Source: an uncultured bacterium (lineage in GTDB: Bacteria; Fermentibacterota; Fermentibacteria; Fermentibacterales; JCC-6). From it: DNA of 64,000 bases. Below are positions 56,794-64,000 of this stretch, piece after piece; the first letter of the stretch is position 1; every line of letters starts with the position of its first letter. The notes under the pieces are model-generated. The model worked only from the letters and a program-made list of their open reading frames with translations, did not search any database and was not told the DNA's origin. The stretch is taken from positions 2,083 through 66,082 of the forward strand of contig CBDVBK010000005.1 of the NCBI GenBank assembly GCA_965372215.1, read 5' to 3'. A program made the position numbers and the translations under genes.

Positions 56794-58614
56794 ATGATTG
56801 ATATAGAACAACGACGAAAAGCACAGGAACTGATTCAAAAGGGAAAGTACGACAGTGCGGAGAAAGTACTTAGTCATATGATGAATCAGTCTCCCGAAGA
56901 ACCTTCAATTTACAATTCTCTCGGCGATGTTCTTATAAAACTGAATCAACTTGACAAGGCACTCGAATATTTCTGCATAGCAGGAGAACTATACTGCAAC
57001 AACGGTCTTCATTCAGCTTCGTTATCAGTTGCAAGAAAATCCCTGAGAGTTGACGATAACTTTTCAAAGGCTCATTACCTTAAAGCCATTAACCTTGAAG
57101 AACAGGATAAGTCTGATGAAGCGGTAAAGGAGTTTGTCCTGTATCTTAAATCAAAGCCGGCCATCAAAGATCCGGCAGTCCTGCGCTCCTGCATAGCTAT
57201 GACAAAGCTTCAACCGGATGATGATAAGTGGGTAATCCGACTCGCTAAAATTGCTGCATCACTTGAGGATCTGGATAACCTGGAGATTTCTGTTAATCTC
57301 GCACGTGACAGAGGGATAAAACAACTCAATCAGCTCGAACTCAAACTTGAACAATTATTAAAGAAACTGAGAACAGATGATTCTCCCATTCCACCTGAAG
57401 AGATTGAGATTGAAGAACCCTCTTTATCATCCACGCTTGACGAAGTCGAATTTGAAGGAGTTCCTTTATCATCCTCACCCGTAGAAACCGAATACGAAGA
57501 ATCCGGTTTCTTTGAGCAGAACCCGGATGATGATGTGGATGTTTTGTCACAAAGAAAACGTATCGGTGAGTATTTCATAGCCGAAGGATTACTTGAAGCT
57601 GACGATGTCCTCCGCGCACTGGAAATCCAGAATGATTCAGAGGAAGATCGCAAACTTGGAGATATACTCGTAAGCCTGAATCTTGTTTCTAAGAGGCAGC
57701 TTCAGGAAGCTCTCTCTCTCCAGGTTGAAGATATGAGGGATAATCTCGATCGATACCGAGGAGATGGACTCGGATTTGTGGAACTTGGGAATCTCCTGCT
57801 TGAAGTAGGCGATTTCTACGGTGCAATTGACGCATATCTGAGAGCCTGCACGATCTACCGCGCGAATGAGCGGGAATATATGGTCTTCGAGTTGCTTGAG
57901 GGTGTGCTTGATATCTGTCCTGAATCCCTGAGTGCGGCAAAAGAGGTTGTTAGAATCAGATACTCGATGAATGTTGAAGGACAGGCCAGAGCATTCTACA
58001 GACTGGCAGTAGCCTACCTTCTCAATGACAGCCCTCACGAAGCCCTTGCTGCTCTTGAAGAATCTGTTGCTGTTGACTCAGGTTTTGAAATGGCCAGAAC
58101 ACTTATGGACGGGATTCGCCCGGGACTAGTCGACAGTGATGACTACGCTGATATAGCAATGATACTGGCAGATATAGACCGTAGATTTGACAGGGCGACC
58201 GCTACCGCGCTGGCGGGCATAATCCGAGAGTTCCAGGATGGTATTGAATCCGCTGTTTCCAAGGATGATTTCGCAACTCATTATGATCTCGGAATAGCAT
58301 ACATGGAAATGGGACTTTATCGGGAATCGCACGCTGAATTTGAACAGGTTCTTAAAAGCCCGGACTACCGCATGAAAGCAAGAGAAATGCTAGGCAGATG
58401 CTGCCTTCGACTCGAGAGATACGATGAGGCTGAAGATAATTTCAGGAAAGGGCTCACCACAACTGCCGGAGATATGAATGCAGCGGTTGGTTTTCATCTT
58501 GCTATAGCGGATGTCTACGAAGCAACAGGCCGAAAATCTCAGGCAAAGCGAGAACTGAAGATTGCATCCAAAATTGATTCTAATATGGTCAAAATGCGAC
58601 ACACGCTGGACTGA
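56794..58614 (+). CDS. TPR-repeat protein with two central MshEN-type (T2SSE_N-like, c-di-GMP-binding) motifs
   Basis: N- and C-terminal TPR-like helices. RIGEYFIAEGLLEADDVLRALEIQ and KLGDILVSLNLVSKRQLQEALSLQ fit the RLGxxLLxxGLIxxxxLxxALxxQ c-di-GMP-binding motif pair. Confidence 0.5.
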   Translation: MIDIEQRRKAQELIQKGKYDSAEKVLSHMMNQSPEEPSIYNSLGDVLIKLNQLDKALEYFCIAGELYCNNGLHSASLSVARKSLRVDDNFSKAHYLKAINLEEQDKSDEAVKEFVLYLKSKPAIKDPAVLRSCIAMTKLQPDDDKWVIRLAKIAASLEDLDNLEISVNLARDRGIKQLNQLELKLEQLLKKLRTDDSPIPPEEIEIEEPSLSSTLDEVEFEGVPLSSSPVETEYEESGFFEQNPDDDVDVLSQRKRIGEYFIAEGLLEADDVLRALEIQNDSEEDRKLGDILVSLNLVSKRQLQEALSLQVEDMRDNLDRYRGDGLGFVELGNLLLEVGDFYGAIDAYLRACTIYRANEREYMVFELLEGVLDICPESLSAAKEVVRIRYSMNVEGQARAFYRLAVAYLLNDSPHEALAALEESVAVDSGFEMARTLMDGIRPGLVDSDDYADIAMILADIDRRFDRATATALAGIIREFQDGIESAVSKDDFATHYDLGIAYMEMGLYRESHAEFEQVLKSPDYRMKAREMLGRCCLRLERYDEAEDNFRKGLTTTAGDMNAAVGFHLAIADVYEATGRKSQAKRELKIASKIDSNMVKMRHTLD

Positions 58615-58617
58615 CTC

Positions 58618-59829
58618 TTGCTCAGAATTCGCTCCATTCACCCCGCCTCTCCAGCTTCAAGAACAGGTTTTAAAAAGACTGACATTCTCCTTGAATGTAA
58701 TGGTGAAACATTAGATGACTGGTTTGATTTCGTATACAACGCAAACTGCACATTGATCAATGTCAAATACAAACGGGGAATTCAGACAAAAAGCATTACC
58801 ATTCGGAGAATTCCTGGTATGGAATGGGGATTCGAATTCGAAGGACATTCACCAAGAATATGCAGACGAAAGTGTGTATTCTGTTTTATTGATCAACTTC
58901 CTCCTGGTGTCCGGCCTTCACTTCTCGTTAAGGATGATGATATCCGGTATTCCTTCCTTCATGGAACTTATGTAACACTTGATAGACATGATGTTGATAT
59001 TGCTATTCAGAAGAATCTATCATCAGTCCATGTATCTGTTCATGTGTCTGATCCTGTTCAAAGAGGCAGATTGCTCGGAACCGGAAAGGAAGAACCGATT
59101 ATCCCCCTCCTGGAAATCCTGTCCAGGGCAGGTATTTCAGTAGAAACACAGATAGTTATTGTACCCGGTTGGAATAACGGGATGTTTCTCGAAAGAACCC
59201 TCATGGATCTTATAAGAATCCCTTCTGTAACATCTGTTGGGGTTGTACCGGTTGGAATCACATCATTCAGAAATGGGCTGCAGGATATCAGACGGCCAAC
59301 ACCAGGAGAAGCTGCTGAAATAGTTCATCAGTGTGATAACTGGAGAAGGAAAGCTATGCGAACCAGAGGAACGCCCTTGGTCTATCCCGCGGATGAGTTA
59401 TTTTCTCTCTCCGGGAAGGATATTCCGGACTCTGTATATTATAAAGAATGTACATTGAGGGAGAATGGAATAGGACTCCTTTCAGACCTTCTTGAATATG
59501 AAAACAGAAATTTCTCCGGAAGGGGAGTGATATGCACCGGAACTCTTGCAGCACCATTCATGAAACGTGTTCTTGCAGGATCAGAGTATCAGATTCTTGC
59601 TGTGAACAACACTTTCTTCGGTCCTGAAGTAGGGGTTTCTGGATTGCTTGCAGGGCATGATATTGTTAAATCAGTCAGGGCGGAACATTTCAGCAGAGAT
59701 CCTGTCTTTTTACCTCGTGTTATGTTCAACCATAATATGTTAACGCTTGATGATCTGTCACAGAGGGATATCGCACAGCTGACCGATCGCGAAATAATAA
59801 TCGTATGTGGGGTGGAGGATCTGATCTGA
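58618..59829 (+). CDS. PDZ-domain radical-SAM (COG1625/DUF512-type) Fe-S oxidoreductase
   Basis: N-terminal PDZ-like segment. CRRKCVFC (C-x3-C-x2-C). About 400 aa as in DUF512 proteins. Confidence 0.55.
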   Translation: MLRIRSIHPASPASRTGFKKTDILLECNGETLDDWFDFVYNANCTLINVKYKRGIQTKSITIRRIPGMEWGFEFEGHSPRICRRKCVFCFIDQLPPGVRPSLLVKDDDIRYSFLHGTYVTLDRHDVDIAIQKNLSSVHVSVHVSDPVQRGRLLGTGKEEPIIPLLEILSRAGISVETQIVIVPGWNNGMFLERTLMDLIRIPSVTSVGVVPVGITSFRNGLQDIRRPTPGEAAEIVHQCDNWRRKAMRTRGTPLVYPADELFSLSGKDIPDSVYYKECTLRENGIGLLSDLLEYENRNFSGRGVICTGTLAAPFMKRVLAGSEYQILAVNNTFFGPEVGVSGLLAGHDIVKSVRAEHFSRDPVFLPRVMFNHNMLTLDDLSQRDIAQLTDREIIIVCGVEDLI

Positions 59830-59833
59830 TATT

Positions 59834-60643
59834 ATGAATTTACCAATATCTGTCATATTTCTGGCATGTTTTTGCCTGTTTCTTATTATGGAAATGAACA
59901 GAAGGAAAAATGTTGCCTTAATGAGAAAGAACAAACTCCTCTTGAATAAACTCAAGGCACTCAAAAAAGAACTGGATGGGCTGGGCAGGCTGAAATCCGA
60001 TATGCTCTCCAGAATTGGAATATCCTTGAGAAAACCTCTTGAATCAGTCCGAGAAACAGCTATTGAGCTTTCCCAACCACTTGAGAGATCACCAGGTGTA
60101 AAAGAACATCTCGCAAGACTGACCAATGAAATAACTGAAATCGAGAACTTCCTCGATGTAATGAAAGAACTCGCTTTTCTAGAAAAGATGGATTTATCAG
60201 ACAGTCCACAATTCCCCGATGAAGCTGAATCTTCTTCAGTCTCTCTTGATAACTTGCTTTTTGATACTCTTAATGAGTGGAATGATGAATTTTCATCCAG
60301 AGGTGTTTCGCTTGCAATGTCCATCGATGAGAATGTCATGGTTACCGGAAGCAGGCATTATCTCAAGCATGCGCTTGAAAACATTCTATCAGAGATATCA
60401 CGCATAATGGTATCAGGATCTCTGGTTCATATTGTGCTCTTAAACGATGAAGAGGCTGTAAGGATGAAAATCGCATACAAGGGTGAACCTGCAAAAATTG
60501 TGAAGCAGTCAGCTTTCGGTGTTGAACTGGCACGACAGATAATCAGCATCCACGATGGATGGCTCACAAGTGATTCTAAAACCGGGCAATACTTGATGGA
60601 ATTACCCTCTCTGAATCAGAAAACGGAGAGCCGGACAAAGTGA
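59834..60643 (+). CDS. membrane-anchored histidine-kinase-like protein lacking the phospho-acceptor His and N/G boxes (pseudo-kinase)
   Basis: N-terminal TM segment. The DHp-like helix SDMLSRIGISLRKPLE has Ile where the H-box His should be. C-terminal HATPase_c-like fold without the Asn of the N-box and without DxGxG. Confidence 0.4.
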   Translation: MNLPISVIFLACFCLFLIMEMNRRKNVALMRKNKLLLNKLKALKKELDGLGRLKSDMLSRIGISLRKPLESVRETAIELSQPLERSPGVKEHLARLTNEITEIENFLDVMKELAFLEKMDLSDSPQFPDEAESSSVSLDNLLFDTLNEWNDEFSSRGVSLAMSIDENVMVTGSRHYLKHALENILSEISRIMVSGSLVHIVLLNDEEAVRMKIAYKGEPAKIVKQSAFGVELARQIISIHDGWLTSDSKTGQYLMELPSLNQKTESRTK

Positions 60644-62007
60644 AAAACAGGGTCTTCAGAAAATATGATATTAGAGGAATATTTCCCACGGATCTTGACG
60701 AACATCTAACGATAAAACTCGGCAAAGCTCTTGGAAGAATTGCCGGGAACACCGTAGCTGTCGGAAGGGATTGCAGATCGTCAGGGACCGTTCTATTCCG
60801 CTGGCTGACAGATGGAATTCTCGCTTCAGGATCAGATGTCATAGATCTGGGCGTGCTGACTACACCAATGACATATTTTGCCGCGTATACTTTGAATCCG
60901 GATGTTACAGTGATGATTACAGGAAGTCATAATCCCCCTGAATACAATGGTTTTAAAATCATGTACGGACATGACACATTATGGGGTGAGGGTATCCAGA
61001 AACTCCGGAGGACAATGGAGGATATATCACCGGTAACTCCTGTCAAATCAAAAGCAACCGTAAGACGTAAATCAATTACAAAATCCTATACGAACAGGCT
61101 TCTTTCTGAATTCTGTTTTGATCGATCTCTGAAGATTGCTGTGGATGCAGGAAATGGCACTGGCGGCACGATTGCGATTGATGTTCTCAGAAAACTTGGA
61201 TGCAGAGTCATTCCTCTTTTCTGCGAAATGGATGGCAGCTTTCCAAATCATCATCCTGATCCAACCGTAGAGGAAAACCTGAAAGATCTTCGAAGGACAG
61301 TTCTGAGAGAAGGAGCTGACATCGGTCTTGCTTTTGATGGTGATGCTGATCGACTTGGAATACTGGATGAAAAGGGAAACGTAATCCGGGGTGACAGAAT
61401 TCTCATAATACTTGCTAAATCACTCCTGAAGGTTAACCCGGGCGCGATTGTCATTTCTGAGGTCAAGGCTTCAGAACTGTTCTTCTCAGAGATTGAAAAG
61501 GCTGGAGGACGTGCTGTTATGTCGCCCACAGGACACTCTCTTATCAAGAAAGCCATGTCTGAGGAGAATGCTCTGCTTGCGGGGGAGATGAGCGGACATA
61601 TCTTTTTCAGGGACAGATATTACGGCTACGATGACGCACTCTATGCTGCAATGCGGTTGATTGAAATAATAGCGTCGGATGATACTCCTCTGAGTTCTTA
61701 CCTGACAGATCTTCCTGAAACATTCTCAACACCCGAAATAAGGGAAGAATGCTCCGATGAAAGCAAATTCATCGTTGTAGATACAGTAACAGATATGCTG
61801 GAAAAGGCTGGATATTCCGTAGATACTACTGATGGAGCAAGAGTATCATTCCAGGATGGCTGGGGACTTATTCGCGCTTCCAATACTCAGCCTGTGCTTG
61901 TAATGAGGTTCGAGGCTGGAACTCAGCAGCACCTGACTGACTATGAAAAAGTAATGCGTGAATACATCGAAAAAAGCCTGGAGGAAACTGGATGTCAAGA
62001 CAGCTGA
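60640..62007 (+). CDS. phosphomannomutase/phosphoglucomutase (alpha-D-phosphohexomutase)
   Basis: Active-site loop TGSHNPPEYNGFK. Metal loop FDGDADR. Sugar loop GEMSGH. 455 aa. Confidence 0.85.
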   Translation: MKNRVFRKYDIRGIFPTDLDEHLTIKLGKALGRIAGNTVAVGRDCRSSGTVLFRWLTDGILASGSDVIDLGVLTTPMTYFAAYTLNPDVTVMITGSHNPPEYNGFKIMYGHDTLWGEGIQKLRRTMEDISPVTPVKSKATVRRKSITKSYTNRLLSEFCFDRSLKIAVDAGNGTGGTIAIDVLRKLGCRVIPLFCEMDGSFPNHHPDPTVEENLKDLRRTVLREGADIGLAFDGDADRLGILDEKGNVIRGDRILIILAKSLLKVNPGAIVISEVKASELFFSEIEKAGGRAVMSPTGHSLIKKAMSEENALLAGEMSGHIFFRDRYYGYDDALYAAMRLIEIIASDDTPLSSYLTDLPETFSTPEIREECSDESKFIVVDTVTDMLEKAGYSVDTTDGARVSFQDGWGLIRASNTQPVLVMRFEAGTQQHLTDYEKVMREYIEKSLEETGCQDS

Positions 62008-62984
62008 TCGAAGAACTCGAGAAACAGATTGAATCGGAAAAACCTATACTGAATAAACTGGAGTCCGTTTTTTCCAGTGTTATCGTTGGACAGGATGAAT
62101 TCCGGCTGGGATTGATGACTGCTCTTCTCTGCGATGGTCATGTTCTTATCGAAGGTGTCCCGGGACTGGCAAAAACGCTTGCTGCCCGAACTCTTTCCAG
62201 GTGTGTAAAGGCGTCATTCTCCAGATTGCAGTTCACACCTGATCTTCTCCCTGCGGATCTGACAGGTACAATGATATTTCAACCGGATACAAGTACATTC
62301 ACCGCAAGAAAAGGTCCTCTTTTCGCACAATTCATACTCGCTGATGAAATTAACAGAGCTCCGGCCAAGGTTCAGAGCGCTCTTCTCGAGGCAATGCAGG
62401 AGCGCCAGGTTACATTCGGCGGAAAAACCTATCCTCTGCCATCTCCATTCTTCGTCATGGCCACACAGAATCCGATTGAACAGGAGGGTACGTATCCACT
62501 GCCTGAAGCTCAGGTGGATAGATTTATAATGAAACTGAAGATCGATTACCCAACAGCTGTTGAGGAAGTCGAAATACTGCGCAGGATCGGTGGTAAACCT
62601 GTTCCGAATATCGAACCGGTGATATCAACAGAAAAGGTAAAAGAACTCCAGAAGCTCTCCTCCCGGATAGTCGTTGAAGATGGAGTACTTGACTATATGG
62701 TCAGACTGGTTTCCGCCACACGACACCCGAGACAGGCTGGTTTGAAAGATCTTGACGATCTCATCTCTGTTGGAGCCAGTCCAAGAGGTTCACTTGGGCT
62801 TCTTTCAGCATCAAGAGCGAGGGCATTCCTTTATGGTTCTTCTTTTGTTTCACCTTCAATAGTAAAGGAAGTTGCTCACGATGTTCTCAGACACAGGATA
62901 ATCCTCTCATTCGAAGCTGAAGCGGAAGAGGTGGGTGTAGAGGAAATAATAGACAGAATACTCAACAGGATTCCGGTGAAGTAA
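61992..62984 (+). CDS. MoxR-family AAA+ ATPase
   Basis: Walker A GVPGLAKT. Walker B ILADEINRA. 330 aa typical of MoxR. Followed by DUF58. Confidence 0.9.
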   Translation: MSRQLIEELEKQIESEKPILNKLESVFSSVIVGQDEFRLGLMTALLCDGHVLIEGVPGLAKTLAARTLSRCVKASFSRLQFTPDLLPADLTGTMIFQPDTSTFTARKGPLFAQFILADEINRAPAKVQSALLEAMQERQVTFGGKTYPLPSPFFVMATQNPIEQEGTYPLPEAQVDRFIMKLKIDYPTAVEEVEILRRIGGKPVPNIEPVISTEKVKELQKLSSRIVVEDGVLDYMVRLVSATRHPRQAGLKDLDDLISVGASPRGSLGLLSASRARAFLYGSSFVSPSIVKEVAHDVLRHRIILSFEAEAEEVGVEEIIDRILNRIPVK

Positions 62985-62999
62985 CAGGAATATCTGATC

Positions 63000-63884
63000 A
63001 TGGAGAACGTACACTCACTATTCAAACGCGTCAAAAGGATTGAACTCCAGACAAGGAAGCTTGTAGCACAGCTTGTCGGCGGCGATTACTCATCCATCTT
63101 CCGAGGGCAGGGAATGGAATTTTCTGATCTGAGACAATACTCCGAAGGAGATGACCCAAAACTAATCGACTGGAATGTTTATGCAAGAACCAGGACGCCA
63201 TTTGTAAAAATATTCAGGGAGGAACGTGAATTACTGGTTCTTCTTATTGTCGATCTCTCCGGCAGCCTTCGCTTCGGATCACTCAATCTTACAAAAGCAG
63301 AACGTGTTGCTGAAGTAGCTGCTGTACTTGCACTTTCAGCCTCACAAAGTAATGATCGTGTCGGGATGCTCACTTATTCTGACAGGATTCATGAGTACAT
63401 CCCGCCTGACAAGGGGAGGAAACATGCTCTGGGTCTTGTACGACGCATCCTTCAGGTCCCTGACAGACAGGCACCGGCAGATCTTGACAAAGCTCTGAAG
63501 TATATGGGGCGCATACTCAACAGAAGGGCTCTCGTATTCATAATCAGTGATTTCAGAATCCCGGGAGGGAGCAGTCTCCTTCGTGCGACTGTGCGGAAAC
63601 ATGATGTTGTAGGAATACACGTTTTTGATCCCAGAGAACTTCATCTGCCGCCTATGGGTCGCGTCCGCTTCCGTTATCCGGAAACAGGGAAAGAACAGGT
63701 TGTCAATACGAGTTCCCGAATCTGGAGAGATAAATTTGCCCATCAGGTACGTCTTGTTCAGACGGAAAGAGAAATACTATGCAGAGACAATAAACTTGAT
63801 CTTATAAGTATTTCAACAGCTGATAATCTGGTGCTGCCTCTTCGAAGATTCTTTGAACTCAGGAAAAAGCGAAGACGCCGTTGA
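63000..63884 (+). CDS. DUF58 (VWA-like) protein, MoxR partner
   Basis: LLIVDLSGSLRFGS MIDAS-like motif. 294 aa. Canonical position after MoxR (Bat-like operon). Confidence 0.8.
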   Translation: MENVHSLFKRVKRIELQTRKLVAQLVGGDYSSIFRGQGMEFSDLRQYSEGDDPKLIDWNVYARTRTPFVKIFREERELLVLLIVDLSGSLRFGSLNLTKAERVAEVAAVLALSASQSNDRVGMLTYSDRIHEYIPPDKGRKHALGLVRRILQVPDRQAPADLDKALKYMGRILNRRALVFIISDFRIPGGSSLLRATVRKHDVVGIHVFDPRELHLPPMGRVRFRYPETGKEQVVNTSSRIWRDKFAHQVRLVQTEREILCRDNKLDLISISTADNLVLPLRRFFELRKKRRRR

Positions 63885-64000
63885 TGATAAATCTGCTTAT
63901 ACTGATTTCACTTGTCTCCGGAAATGAAGCCGTATCATGTACTCTCGGAGTTCCCGTAACCGTCGAATACATCATACCGTATGGCTGGACAGTGGAATCG

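Noticed and set aside
1-64000. CRISPR arrays, rRNA genes, integrase/transposase/IS elements
   Set aside because: I looked for short regularly spaced repeats, rRNA-like segments and recombinase motifs (R..H..R..Y, DDE), including near the tRNA-Pro repeats. I found none, though small IS fragments cannot be excluded without searches.

Overview
This is a 64 kb chromosomal segment of a roughly 45% GC bacterium, densely coded on both strands. Several proteins end in a type IX secretion (T9SS) C-terminal sorting domain. A SusC-like TonB-dependent receptor sits behind a cobalamin riboswitch and is followed by a BtuG-like beta-propeller lipoprotein. With a Bat-like MoxR/DUF58 pair at the 3' end, this suggests an uncultivated FCB-group or Bacteroidota-related anaerobe. 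The taxonomy is inferred, not demonstrated.

Housekeeping genes recognised from motifs:
- dus, lipA plus a lipoate ligase/octanoyltransferase, surE, murJ, uvrC, sat, rpmA, hutI and a phosphomannomutase/phosphoglucomutase (PMM/PGM).
- M18 and M14 peptidases, a prolyl oligopeptidase and two ABC-2 exporters.
- A giant (1394 aa) double BadF/BcrA-type activase fusion.
- tRNA-Pro(UGG) on the minus strand.

Observations worth a second look:
1. A low-GC accessory island at about 17.0-22.0 kb. It holds vapBC with a palindromic operator, an HExxH DUF2268-like gene, a truncated ANT(2'')-type nucleotidyltransferase, an overlapping HTH + unknown 278-aa gene pair, and a TerB-like + glycine-zipper peptide pair. 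No integrase or transposase is visible. This island is the best candidate for an undescribed defence or accessory module.
2. Nested imperfect direct repeats at 49.6-53.3 kb, made of gene 3' ends. They flank a K+ channel/TrkA cassette and a high-GC secreted-protein gene, and abut tRNA-Pro. This points to cassette insertion or exchange at a tRNA, or to a strain-mixture assembly artefact.
3. A K+ channel whose selectivity filter reads TVGYDD instead of TVGYGD.
4. ATP sulfurylase followed by an APS-kinase-like ORF with no P-loop.
5. A PHP-domain/GT4 fusion.
6. A TPR protein with MshEN-type (c-di-GMP-binding) motifs, and a His-less histidine-kinase-like protein.
7. A His-rich, doubly anchored lipoprotein in an ABC-2 exporter operon.

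No CRISPR array, rRNA, integrase or transposase was recognised. All calls come from motif recognition by eye; no database search was possible.
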